From positions 4,704,001 through 4,768,000 of the forward strand of contig OY970067.1 in NCBI GenBank assembly GCA_963705305.1: 64,000 nucleotides of DNA, written 5' to 3'. This document shows, in pieces, positions 9,600-18,943 of this stretch. Origin of the DNA: an uncultured Methylomirabilota bacterium. Its GTDB lineage: Bacteria; Methylomirabilota; Methylomirabilia; Methylomirabilales; 2-02-FULL-66-22. Position 1 is the first letter of the stretch, and each line of letters opens with the position of its first letter. The notes beneath the pieces are model-generated. The model did not search any database, was not told the DNA's origin, and saw only the letters and a program-made list of their open reading frames with translations. The position numbers and the translations under genes are program-made.

Positions 9600-10613
9600 T
9601 TACCGGCGCGTAGCTTCGATGGTCTTGAAGAGGTCGTCCACGTACTCCTTGCCGATCTCCTTTTCGGCCCACGCCTTGACCGGCGGCTGGGCCAGCGTGC
9701 GGAACCGCGCCAGCTCGGCGGGCGTCAGCTCCGTGACTTCCATGCCGAGCTTCGTGAGGATTTCCTTGGCGTGCATGTCCTGATCGCTCGTCATCTTGCG
9801 GTGGATGGCGATCGCTATCCGCGTGCCCTCCTCCACCGCCTTCCGCTCGACCGGCGTCAGGCTCTGATAAAACTTCTCGTTGATCAAGTAGCCGTGGACG
9901 CTCCATACGTGGGCGTCCAGCGTGATGTATTTCTGGTACTGGTACAGGCTGGCGGCCAGAATGTTGGTCACCCCGTTCTCCTCCCCGTCCACGACCTTCT
10001 GCTGGAGTGCCGTGGGCAGTTCGGCCCAGGGGATCGCCGAGGGGCTGGCACCCAGGGCACTGACCAGGATCTGGAACACGGGGCTGGGCATGACGCGGAT
10101 CTTGAGCCCCTTCATGTCGTCCGGCGTCTGGATGGGCCGCTTGCTGTTGGTGAAGTGGCGCACGCCGTTGTCGGCAAAGCCGAGCAGGCGGATCCCGGTC
10201 TTCTTGATCATGTCCTCGGAGAGTCTGTTCATCCAGGGGCTGTCGTACACGCGCCAGGCGTGCTCGTGATTGTCGTAGAGGAAGGGGATGCCGAGAATGC
10301 CGATGGGCTTGTACGCCAGGGCGATGGCGCCGTCGTGGGCCACGGCCATCTCCAGCGTGCCGAGCCGGAGCCCCGTCATGGTATCGGCGTCCCCCCCGAA
10401 CTGGCCGGCCGGGAAGATCTCGACCTGGATAGAGCCGTTGGTCGCTTTCTCGACATACTCCTTGAAGGCAAGCGCGGCAGCGTGCTTCGGCTGGTCAGGT
10501 CGGGCCGGCTGGAAGTGTGCGTACTTGAGGATCTTCGGTTGGGCCAGGGCGCTCGCCGGGAAGGCAAGCAGCGCGATGGCCAGGATGATGAGGGCCCTGC
10601 TTCTCCATTGCAT
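9600..10613 (-). CDS. dctP: TRAP transporter substrate-binding protein (DctP family)
   Basis: signal peptide, NGVRHFTN, KGLKIRV, LQQKVVDGEEN; SD GGAGG before ATG 10613. Confidence 0.9.
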   Translation of the reverse strand: MQWRSRALIILAIALLAFPASALAQPKILKYAHFQPARPDQPKHAAALAFKEYVEKATNGSIQVEIFPAGQFGGDADTMTGLRLGTLEMAVAHDGAIALAYKPIGILGIPFLYDNHEHAWRVYDSPWMNRLSEDMIKKTGIRLLGFADNGVRHFTNSKRPIQTPDDMKGLKIRVMPSPVFQILVSALGASPSAIPWAELPTALQQKVVDGEENGVTNILAASLYQYQKYITLDAHVWSVHGYLINEKFYQSLTPVERKAVEEGTRIAIAIHRKMTSDQDMHAKEILTKLGMEVTELTPAELARFRTLAQPPVKAWAEKEIGKEYVDDLFKTIEATRR

Positions 10614-10639
10614 GACACTTCCTCCTTCTCGATTCAGGG

Positions 10640-11929
10640 TTAACGAGCGAACCCGAACCAGCCGGGCACGGTCAGGCTGATCGCCGGGACGTACAACACC
10701 AGCGCCAGCACCGCCAAGAGCACGAACACCATGGGAAGGATGGCTCGGGCGAGTTTTTCGAAGCTCAGCTGGCCCACGGCCGTGAGGATGAAGAGGACGG
10801 CCCCTACCGGGGGCGTGACCATGCCGATGGTGATGTTCAGGACGAACGCCATAGCGAAGTGCAGGGGGTTGATGCCGACCTGATCGGCCAGCGGGGCCAG
10901 CACCGGCACCAGGATGATGACCGCGGGCAGGGTGTCGATGAACATGCCGCAGATCAGGACGAAGATCGCCACGATCGTCATCACAACCGTGGGATTCCGG
11001 CTGATGCCCATGATGTAGGCGGCGACGATCTGCGGGACCTGGACCAGGGTGAGGATATTGGCGAAGAGGGATGCCATGGAGACGATCAGGAGCGCGGCCG
11101 ACGTGACCAAGGCACTCTGCACCACAACCCGGGGGAGGGTGCGTAGGGTCAGCTTCTTGGTGACGAAGAAGCCGACGAACAGGGCGTAGAAAACCGCCAC
11201 CGCCGAGGCCTCGGTGGCGGTGAAGACGCCGCTCAGGATCCCGCCGATGATGATCGCCGGCATGAGCAGCGCGGGGACCGCCCGCCATACGCTGCGGAGC
11301 CGCTCCTTCCAGGTGGCCAGCGGCGACCGGAACAGGTAGTTGCGGCGGATGGCGGTGACGTGGTTGAGGGCCATCAGGGCGAGACCCATAATGGCGCCGG
11401 GAAGCACGCCGGCCAGGAACAGGCCCGCGATGGTCACCTTGCTGTCGGTAATGGCGTAAATCACCATGATGATGCTGGGCGGGATGATGGGACCCATGAT
11501 GGCCGTGGAGGCGGTCAAGGCCGCGGAGTAGTATTCGTCATACCCCGCCTTCTTCATCATGCGCATGATCAGGGCGCCGGGACCGGCGGCATCGGCCAGC
11601 GCCGAACCGCTGATCCCGGCGAACAGCATCATGGTGAGCACGTTGACATGGCCCAGCCCGCCGCGGATGTGCCCCACCATATTGGTGGTGAAGCGGAGCA
11701 GGGCCATGGTGATCCCGCTCGCGCTCATCAGGTCGGCCGCCAGGATGAAGAACGGAACCGCCATCAGGGGAAAGGAGTCGATCCCGTTGAAGAACCGCTG
11801 GGGCACGGAGAGAAGCGACAGCTTGCCACCCAGCAGAAGGGCCAGGAATCCGGAGCCGCCCATGCTGATGGACACGGGAAACCCGATCGCCATCCCAAGA
11901 ATGAACGTGACGACCAGCGTGATCCCCAT
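10640..11929 (-). CDS. dctM: TRAP transporter large permease
   Basis: FPLMAVPFF, GISGSALAD, GPIIPPS, FTATEA, TPPVG. Confidence 0.95.
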   Translation of the reverse strand: MGITLVVTFILGMAIGFPVSISMGGSGFLALLLGGKLSLLSVPQRFFNGIDSFPLMAVPFFILAADLMSASGITMALLRFTTNMVGHIRGGLGHVNVLTMMLFAGISGSALADAAGPGALIMRMMKKAGYDEYYSAALTASTAIMGPIIPPSIIMVIYAITDSKVTIAGLFLAGVLPGAIMGLALMALNHVTAIRRNYLFRSPLATWKERLRSVWRAVPALLMPAIIIGGILSGVFTATEASAVAVFYALFVGFFVTKKLTLRTLPRVVVQSALVTSAALLIVSMASLFANILTLVQVPQIVAAYIMGISRNPTVVMTIVAIFVLICGMFIDTLPAVIILVPVLAPLADQVGINPLHFAMAFVLNITIGMVTPPVGAVLFILTAVGQLSFEKLARAILPMVFVLLAVLALVLYVPAISLTVPGWFGFAR

Positions 11930-11932
11930 GCC

Positions 11933-12448
11933 TTACGCCTCCTCCCCCGAAAGATCTTCCAGCACAACCCCGGGCGCGAACTTTCGGTTCGCATAGTCGC
12001 GGAACATGAGGATGAGGTGCGCGGCGAAGAGCAGGCTGCCGATGGGGATGGCCAGAGACGGGATGCCGAGGGAGATGTTCAGGACGGGGGTCTCCTGATT
12101 CCAGACGAAGAGGGCAAATTGAAATCCGAGAACCGTCACCGTCCCGAGAAACGCCAGCACCAGCCCACCGACCACCATTCTTACCCGGCGGCTCAGCGGA
12201 GCGGGGAGGCGATCGTGCAGGATCTCCAGGGCCACGTGACGCCCCTCGCGCAGGGCGAGGCCGGCCCCCACGTAGGCGATCCAGATCATTAAGTACTGCG
12301 AGACCTCCTCGGCCCAGATGATCGAGAAGTTGAAGACATACCGGGTGACGACGTTGACGAAGACCAGCGTGGACATCGTGGCCATCATGACAAAGATCAC
12401 CGCTCGATTGGCGGTGACGAGGTAGTACTCGAACCGACTCTCGAACAT
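11933..12448 (-). CDS. dctQ: TRAP transporter small permease
   Basis: NVVTRY, WAEEVSQYLMIW, GRHVAL; 4 TM segments; start set at ATG 12448. Confidence 0.9.
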   Translation of the reverse strand: MFESRFEYYLVTANRAVIFVMMATMSTLVFVNVVTRYVFNFSIIWAEEVSQYLMIWIAYVGAGLALREGRHVALEILHDRLPAPLSRRVRMVVGGLVLAFLGTVTVLGFQFALFVWNQETPVLNISLGIPSLAIPIGSLLFAAHLILMFRDYANRKFAPGVVLEDLSGEEA

Positions 12449-12586
12449 GGAGAACCTCCCTGGAGGGTCGAGTCCTTGGTCCCGAAACTGTCCGGCCGCA
12501 CCGCTCCTCTCCGGATCACGGGCCAGGGGCCGGTTCTCGCCGACGTGCGCAGCCACGCCCGTCGCCGAGCACGCGACGCGAAGCGC

Positions 12587-13465
12587 TCAGTACCGCTTGC
12601 TGATCAGGGCCTGGCGGGTCTTCTGCACGCTCGCCACGAATTTCTCGCTCCTCCGCAGGGCCACCCCCACTGCCAGCACATCGATGACCGACAGGTGGGC
12701 GATGCGGGAGGACATTGGTTCTGGCTTGAAGCCCGTCTCGCGTGTGTGCACACACAGCGCGACATCCGCCAGGGCCGCGACCGGGGACTTGCGGTGGCTC
12801 ACGATGGCGATGCTGGCCGCTCCCGCCTGCCTGGCGATCTCCAGCGTCTCCACGATGTCCTTGGTGGAGCCGGAATGAGAGACGGCCACCACGACGCAGC
12901 GCGGCGTCATCAGCGCCGCCGACATAACCTGCATGTGTGGATCGTCCTGCCAACCGCAGGGGATGCCGATGCGGAAGAACTTATGGTAGGCGTCCATGGC
13001 CACAGGCGCGGAGCCGCCGAAGCCGATGAACTCGATGCGAGAGGCCCGGGCGAGAAGCCGGATGGCCCGTTCCACGTGGGCCGGCTCCAGCGTTTCCGCA
13101 CTGTCCTGGATCGCCAGGGCGTTGGCAGTCAGGATCTTGCGGATGAGGGTGGCCGGGTCGTCCCCGGGCTGCACATCCTCATGGATGTTCTTCACCTCGG
13201 GGACAAGGTCCTGGGCCAGACGGATCTTGAGGTCATGATAGCCCTTCAGGCCCAGCGCGCGGCAGAAGCGGATGACGGTGGGCTCGCTGGTGCCGGCGTT
13301 CTCGGCCAATTCGCTGATGGACTGGTAGATGACCTTGTCCGGGGCCGCCAGGACGTACTCCCCCACGCGCCGCTCGGCCGCTCGAAGCTCATCGCTCTTG
13401 GCGCCGAGCATCCGCAGGATGCTTCCGCGCCGGGAGGAGCCGTCAGCCGTCCGCTGCTCGCGCAT
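12587..13465 (-). CDS. RpiR/MurR family transcriptional regulator (HTH + SIS)
   Basis: SISELAENAGTSEPTVIRFCRALG, GFGGS, SHSGST, SSRIAHLSVID; start uncertain. Confidence 0.9.
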   Translation of the reverse strand: MREQRTADGSSRRGSILRMLGAKSDELRAAERRVGEYVLAAPDKVIYQSISELAENAGTSEPTVIRFCRALGLKGYHDLKIRLAQDLVPEVKNIHEDVQPGDDPATLIRKILTANALAIQDSAETLEPAHVERAIRLLARASRIEFIGFGGSAPVAMDAYHKFFRIGIPCGWQDDPHMQVMSAALMTPRCVVVAVSHSGSTKDIVETLEIARQAGAASIAIVSHRKSPVAALADVALCVHTRETGFKPEPMSSRIAHLSVIDVLAVGVALRRSEKFVASVQKTRQALISKRY

Positions 13466-13501
13466 CGCCACCGCCCTGGCTGGATCGGGGGAAAGGTCTG
13501 T

Positions 13502-13559
13502 CTGTAGTTTTCCTACTACCAAAGCCATTTATTAAAGTCAATAGGAAAAAATACTACAG
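13502..13559 (-). promoter_or_regulatory. promoter with two HexR/RpiR-like operator boxes
   Basis: AT-rich; GTAGT-N6-ACTAC at 13504-13519; second box ending ACTACAG at 13553-13559; minus strand TTGACT (13536-13541)-N17-TAGTAG. Confidence 0.6.
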
Positions 13560-13682
13560 GACCTCCTTCGCCAGCCTTTCCGGACCACGCCGGAGTCCCC
13601 CGGCACCGCGCGCCGGCTTGGCGGACTGGCGCTTACCGCCAGCCGCGACTCTGCGGCGGCCGCAGTTCCCGGGCCATTTCGC

Positions 13683-13712
13683 TTGCCAGAGGGACGCCCA
13701 GAGCGCTATGCT
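13683..13712 (+). promoter_or_regulatory. putative sigma70 promoter of sodB
   Basis: TTGCCA-N18-TATGCT. Confidence 0.4.
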
Positions 13713-13797
13713 ACGCCCTGCTCGGCGCCTGCGAGGTCTTCTGGGACCCTCCGCGGATTGGCGCTGTGTCTGCTTTTCTTCCGAAAGGAGGGAGACC

Positions 13798-14400
13798 ATG
13801 GCCTTTGATCTTCCGACGCTCCCCTACGCCGAGAACGACCTGGAGCCGCACTACTCCGCCAAGACCATCGGCTTTCACCACGGGAAGCACCACAAGGCCT
13901 ACGTGGACAATCTCAACAAGCTGATCGCCGGAACCGATTTGGAGACCAAATCCCTTGATGAGATCATCAGGGCGACGGCGGGCAATGCCCAGCGGGTCGG
14001 AATCTTCAACAATGCAGCCCAGGTGTGGAACCACACGTTTTTCTGGAACAGCATGAAGCCCGGTGGCGGCGGAAAGCCGGCGGGGTCAGTGGCCGCCAGA
14101 ATCGACCAGAGCTTCGGGAGTTACCAGAAGTTCGCCGAGCAGTTCAAGGGAGCGGCGGTGGCTCGCTTCGGCAGCGGCTGGACATGGCTGGTTCTGGAGC
14201 GAGGCGCCTTGAAGATCATCAGCACGCCGAACGCCGAGACCCCCCTGACCAGCGCGCAAATCCCGCTCGTCACCGTGGATGTCTGGGAGCACGCGTACTA
14301 TCTCGACTACCAGAACCGGCGGCCCGACTTCGTCCAGGCTTTCTTGGATCATCTGGTGAGCTGGGACTTTGCGGCGGCCAATCTGGCCGGCGCCAAGTAG
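13798..14400 (+). CDS. sodB: superoxide dismutase, Fe-type signature
   Basis: HHGKHH, FNNAAQVWNH (Fe-type AAQ), FGSGW, DVWEHAYYLDYQN; SD before ATG 13798. Confidence 0.93.
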   Translation: MAFDLPTLPYAENDLEPHYSAKTIGFHHGKHHKAYVDNLNKLIAGTDLETKSLDEIIRATAGNAQRVGIFNNAAQVWNHTFFWNSMKPGGGGKPAGSVAARIDQSFGSYQKFAEQFKGAAVARFGSGWTWLVLERGALKIISTPNAETPLTSAQIPLVTVDVWEHAYYLDYQNRRPDFVQAFLDHLVSWDFAAANLAGAK

Positions 14401-14574
14401 GACCGCTGCGCTCTCTCCACCTGTCGGCGGGACCCCCTCCGGGCACTCGGCGGGGGGGTCCGCGCCTGCCGGCGCGGCGGCCGTCTCGGACATTCTGCAG
14501 AACCTCCCGTCTCCCCCCTCCTGCGGGGTGCGGGGCAGGAGGGGCCCCCTTCCGCGGAAGGCCCCCTCGATATG

Positions 14575-15534
14575 CTAGCCCTCGGCCAGGACTGCGCGGG
14601 CTCTGGCCACTTCTTCGGCAGTCAACAGCACACCATCGCTGGCCGCGCTGTTATCCCGCGCCTGCTCGGGGGTCTTGGCGCCCGGAATAACCGTGGACAC
14701 GGCCGGATGCGCCAGGCAATACTGGAGCGCCGCCTGGGCCAGTGTCCTGCGTTTTCCCACAGTGAGAAAACTGAGCTGCGCGACCTGTGCCACCATGCGG
14801 CGGACCTTCTCCGCGGTGTACGTCCCGGCCCGGTGGTCATTCGCCGGGAACGCCACATCGGCCTTGAATTTTCCGGTGAGGAACCCCGACGCCAGCGGCA
14901 CGCGCGCGATGATCCCGATCCCTCTTTGCTGCGCCAGGGGAAGCAGCTCCTTCTCCGGCTCCCGCTCCAGCATGTTGTAGACGACCTGAATGGTGTCCGC
15001 GGGCGTATGCTGGATCACCCAGGGACCATGCGCCGCCGGCCCCACCGACACGCCAGAGAACCGGATCTTGCCCTGCGCCTTCAGCATTTCGAGCGCCTCG
15101 AATGCATCATCTCCGTAGCCCGCGAGATCGGTCGGGGAATGCAGCTGGTAGAGGTCCACATAGTCCATCCCCAGCCGCCGGAGGCTGCCCTCGATGGCCT
15201 CGAGGATCCACGGCTTCGAGAAATCCTTCACCCACTTGCCCTCGGGAGAGGTCCGGTTGCCGACCTTGGTGGCGATCACCACCTGGTCCCGGTTGGACCG
15301 GAGCGCCTTGCCGATCAACACCTCGCTGCGGCCCGCCCCATAGGCATCCGACGTGTCGAAGAAGGTCACGCCGGCATCCCGGGCGGCCTGGATGGCCCGG
15401 ATCGAGGCGGCATCGTCCACCTCGCCCCAGCCGATCTCGACAGGCCCCAGCTTGGAGGGGCCGCCGATGGCCCAGGCCCCGAAACCCACCTCCGACACGC
15501 GCAGCCCCGTGCGTCCCAGTGTTCGGTAGTTCAT
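14575..15534 (-). CDS. aldo/keto reductase
   Basis: YRTLGRTGLRVS, FDTSDAYG, ATK, DLYQLH, PLASGFLTGK, VIPGAK. Confidence 0.9.
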   Translation of the reverse strand: MNYRTLGRTGLRVSEVGFGAWAIGGPSKLGPVEIGWGEVDDAASIRAIQAARDAGVTFFDTSDAYGAGRSEVLIGKALRSNRDQVVIATKVGNRTSPEGKWVKDFSKPWILEAIEGSLRRLGMDYVDLYQLHSPTDLAGYGDDAFEALEMLKAQGKIRFSGVSVGPAAHGPWVIQHTPADTIQVVYNMLEREPEKELLPLAQQRGIGIIARVPLASGFLTGKFKADVAFPANDHRAGTYTAEKVRRMVAQVAQLSFLTVGKRRTLAQAALQYCLAHPAVSTVIPGAKTPEQARDNSAASDGVLLTAEEVARARAVLAEG

Positions 15535-15727
15535 TGCTCCTCCGCTATCAAGGGGTCCAGTCCGAGATGATGCACTTACACCCTTCGCCCGCCACGCGCC
15601 GGTCTCTGCGGCAGCATGCGGCGGCAAGCCCCGAGCGTCAACGAAGGCATTCGGCCGGATCTCCCCGCCAATATCCGGCCCGCTCGCCGACCATCCGGGC
15701 GCGCCACCGCGCCTCCGGCGGGCTATC

Positions 15728-16519
15728 CTACTGCGTCTTCGGCGTGGCCCGCATGGCGCCGATCGTGAAGCCGCCGTCCACGAAGAGCAGCTGGCCGGTC
15801 ACGTACGCCGCCTCGTCGGAGGCCAGGAACACCATGGCCCCGTCCATGTCGTTGGGCAGGCCGGTCCGGCCGGCGGGAATCTTCTCGACCACGTTCGCCA
15901 CCCACTGCGGGTCTTCATAGAGGATGGCGTTCTGGGCGGTCTTGAACCAGCCGGGCGCCAGGACGTTGACCGTGATCCCGTGCGGCGCCCATTCAGCCGC
16001 CAGCGCCTTGGTCATCTGGGTCATGCCCCCCCTGGCGGCGCAGTATGGGACGATCCCCGGAAATCCGAACAGCGACGTGCCCGATCCGATGTTGACGATG
16101 CGCCCCCGCTTCTGGCGCAGCATGGCCGAGCGGACCACAGCCTGAGAGACGAAGAACGCGCCCCTGAGGATGGTGTCCACGACCGTGCTCCAATCCTCCG
16201 GGGTGAGCTCCACGCTGGCCTTCCGGATGTTGCAGCCGGCGTTGTTGACGAGGATATCGATGCGCCCCCATTCCTTCAGCACCCGATCCACCACGGGCTG
16301 GATGGTCTCCAGCTTCCGGTTGTCCAGGGCGCACGGCAGGGCCTTTCGCCCCAGGGCCTCAATATCCGCCCGGGTCTGTTGAAGCGACTCCACCGTCCGG
16401 CTCGTGATTGCCAGGTCCGCCCCGGCGCGCGCCAGGGCCCGCGAGAAGTACTGCCCCAGGCCGCGGCTGGCTCCCGTCACCAGGGCCACCTTCCCACTCA
16501 GGTCACAGTATCCCGCCAT
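15728..16519 (-). CDS. SDR oxidoreductase (gluconate 5-dehydrogenase/KduD-like)
   Basis: TGASRGLG, NNAG, YCAAR (Arg at the usual Lys), APGWFKT, VTGQLLFVDGG. Confidence 0.85.
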   Translation of the reverse strand: MAGYCDLSGKVALVTGASRGLGQYFSRALARAGADLAITSRTVESLQQTRADIEALGRKALPCALDNRKLETIQPVVDRVLKEWGRIDILVNNAGCNIRKASVELTPEDWSTVVDTILRGAFFVSQAVVRSAMLRQKRGRIVNIGSGTSLFGFPGIVPYCAARGGMTQMTKALAAEWAPHGITVNVLAPGWFKTAQNAILYEDPQWVANVVEKIPAGRTGLPNDMDGAMVFLASDEAAYVTGQLLFVDGGFTIGAMRATPKTQ

Positions 16520-16615
16520 CCGTTCCTCCTTTGGATAGGTGATCTCCGCGTCGGACGACGCACCCGGCGGCGACCATTGCGGGCGCCGCTCCCGCTGCCG
16601 CGCTTGTCCCCGCGC

Positions 16616-17647
16616 TCACGGCTGGAGGACCACCTTCATGAGCCCCGATTCGCCGTGGTGCAGGGCGTCGAACCACTTCTGCCCCTCCGCCAGCGGGGCA
16701 ACCCGGCTGATCAAGGGGCGTGCCTGCAGGCGTCCCTGCGCCATGAGATTCAGACACGCGGCGTACTCGCCGGCGATGGCGCAGGAGCCGCGGATCGTCA
16801 GCTCGCGGGCCACGACATTCTGCAGGTGCATCTCGATCTTCGGCGTCACATTCCCGATGAGAGTGACATGACCGCCCATCTTCACCAAGCCCAGGGCCAG
16901 ATCGACCGTGGCCTGGATGCCGACAGCCTCCAGCACCGCGTCCACGTCGGGCCGGCCGAGCTGGCGCGTGAGCTCGGCGGCTGCATCCGTCTTGGCGGTG
17001 TTGATGACAATGTCGGCGCCCAGGCTCCGCGCAAACGCCAGCCGCTCTTCCCGCACGTCCAGCGCCACCAGCGTCCCGGCCCCCTTGATGCGGACCCCCT
17101 GCATGGCAAACAGTCCGATTTGGCCGGCCCCCACCACGGCGACCACGTCGTTGATCTCGATGGGCGTGATCCGGGCGGCATGCATCCCCACGCCCGCGGG
17201 CTCGATCAGGGCCGCCTCCTCGAATGACACGGCATCGGGGAGCCGGTAGATGATCCAGCGCGGAACCACCACGTACTCGGCCATGGCCCCTTCCGCCCGG
17301 AACGTGGGCGTGGAGACGCCCAGCACCTTGCGATTCTGGCAAAGGTTGACGCGCCCCTGGCGGCAGGCCGGACACTCGTTGCAGTAGATGGTGGAATCGA
17401 AGGTGATGCGATCCCCGACCGCCACCTCGGTCACGCGGCGGCCGATGGCCTCCACCACGCCGGCAGCCTCATGGCCCATGATGATGGGCGGGATGCGGCG
17501 CCCTGTCTTTCCGGTATAGCCGTGCACATCCGACCCGCAGATGCCGACGGCTTTCACCCGGACCAGCACCTCCTCATCAGCGATCCGGGGATCCGGAACG
17601 TCCTTGAATACGAATTGCATGGGGGCCGTGTGCACGAGGGCCTTCAT
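16616..17647 (-). CDS. Zn-dependent polyol/sugar dehydrogenase (galactitol-1-phosphate/sorbitol dehydrogenase-like)
   Basis: GICGSD, GHE, CNECPAC..NLC structural Zn site, GAGQIG. Confidence 0.9.
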   Translation of the reverse strand: MKALVHTAPMQFVFKDVPDPRIADEEVLVRVKAVGICGSDVHGYTGKTGRRIPPIIMGHEAAGVVEAIGRRVTEVAVGDRITFDSTIYCNECPACRQGRVNLCQNRKVLGVSTPTFRAEGAMAEYVVVPRWIIYRLPDAVSFEEAALIEPAGVGMHAARITPIEINDVVAVVGAGQIGLFAMQGVRIKGAGTLVALDVREERLAFARSLGADIVINTAKTDAAAELTRQLGRPDVDAVLEAVGIQATVDLALGLVKMGGHVTLIGNVTPKIEMHLQNVVARELTIRGSCAIAGEYAACLNLMAQGRLQARPLISRVAPLAEGQKWFDALHHGESGLMKVVLQP

Positions 17648-18010
17648 GGGTCCATTCCTCCTGTGGCTGTCCGAGGCAGGGTTGAGGGCCGCCACTCCAG
17701 GGACGGCGAAGAGTCCGCCGGCGCCTCGCCGTCCGGCATCTTCTGCGAGCACGGAGCCGAGTATAGGCATTGCGGCGGCTGGAATCAACCCGCGCCCGCA
17801 GGATGTCAGGCGGTCCGCACCGGTGCGGTCGCCCATCGGACCCCACCAGCGCACGGGACAGGGGCAGACGGCGACATCTGGTCAGCCGGGCCGGTCGATC
17901 GCACCTTTCGCAGCGTTTGCTTGCAGTTCGAGCAACTTTCGGGTACATAGATTCCATGCGGTTGCCCGCTGGGGATGGCGGCCGGCCCGTCTGAGCTGCG
18001 GTGAACCATC

Positions 18011-18394
18011 GTGGAGGAGAGGCGCGTGATGGCCGAGCTGCGGAGAGCCGTCGGAGTCGATGTCGATCTCGTCGAGGAATCGGTCAAGAGGCATTTCGGA
18101 GGAGACTTCACCTCGAAGATTGCCTGGGATTTCCTTCGAAACCGATTTGTCCCTTCCGATCTGCCCAGGCGTCTGGCCACTCCTCAGAAGATCTTGGGCA
18201 TTCGGATCTGGTGGAAGAGCATCGGCGAGTTTACCGACAATCTGGGGTTTCGCTTGGAACTCTGGGATGCGACCTATCTTCCCCAAGCCCGGGCCGTTGC
18301 TGAGGAGTACAACCGCCGGACCGAGGGAACGAAGCTCGAGCTCTACCCCGTCTCCATGGGCTGGCCGACGTCCAGCCACCCGCGGGCGGCCTGA
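18011..18394 (+). CDS. hypothetical protein
   Basis: 127-aa ORF with protein-like composition filling an intergenic gap; GGAGGAG SD before alternative start 18029; no motif recognised. Confidence 0.55.
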   Translation: MEERRVMAELRRAVGVDVDLVEESVKRHFGGDFTSKIAWDFLRNRFVPSDLPRRLATPQKILGIRIWWKSIGEFTDNLGFRLELWDATYLPQARAVAEEYNRRTEGTKLELYPVSMGWPTSSHPRAA

Positions 18395-18566
18395 GGCCTT
18401 GCCCCGGGAACACTGCAGCCGCACCGAAACCTCCCGACGAACCAGAGCGGCCTCGCCCTCGAACGACGAAGCCTCGCCCGTGAATCATCCGGCCGAGGCC
18501 GGATCACTTCCGGCCCCCCCGAGCCGCCGAGAGGCCGGGCGGGCCCCATCCTGAACCGGGAGGCGG

Positions 18567-18908
18567 CTACCACGACTGGCGGGCGATATCGAAGAGGCGT
18601 TGCGCGAAGGGGGGCCCCTGCTCCATCTCGAAAACAACACCGTGCAGGTGAGGACCGCCTTCGGCATCGGCCCAGACGACCCGGCCCGAGAGCGTGAACG
18701 ACATCACCGGCGTCTTCAGGTCCACATCGAGGCGGGTGCCCACGGGCAGCGGGCGGGGGAGGAACAGGCGGACTCCCCCCTCGCTCACATCCAGGAGCTT
18801 GCCGGTCATCGTCTGCGGAGAAGCTTCCGACACGACGGTCACGGAAAAGACAACGAGGTAACGCGGGTGGAACCGCCGCTCCGAATCTTTGCTGTTCCCT
18901 GAGGCCAT
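18567..18908 (-). CDS. single-domain PilZ protein
   Basis: RRFHPR (RxxxR) and DVSEGG (D/NxSxxG) c-di-GMP-binding motifs, GRVVW, HGVVF. Confidence 0.85.
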   Translation of the reverse strand: MASGNSKDSERRFHPRYLVVFSVTVVSEASPQTMTGKLLDVSEGGVRLFLPRPLPVGTRLDVDLKTPVMSFTLSGRVVWADAEGGPHLHGVVFEMEQGPPFAQRLFDIARQSW

Positions 18909-18943
18909 AACGGGCATTGCGCCTACCTAGATCGGTACCGCGG

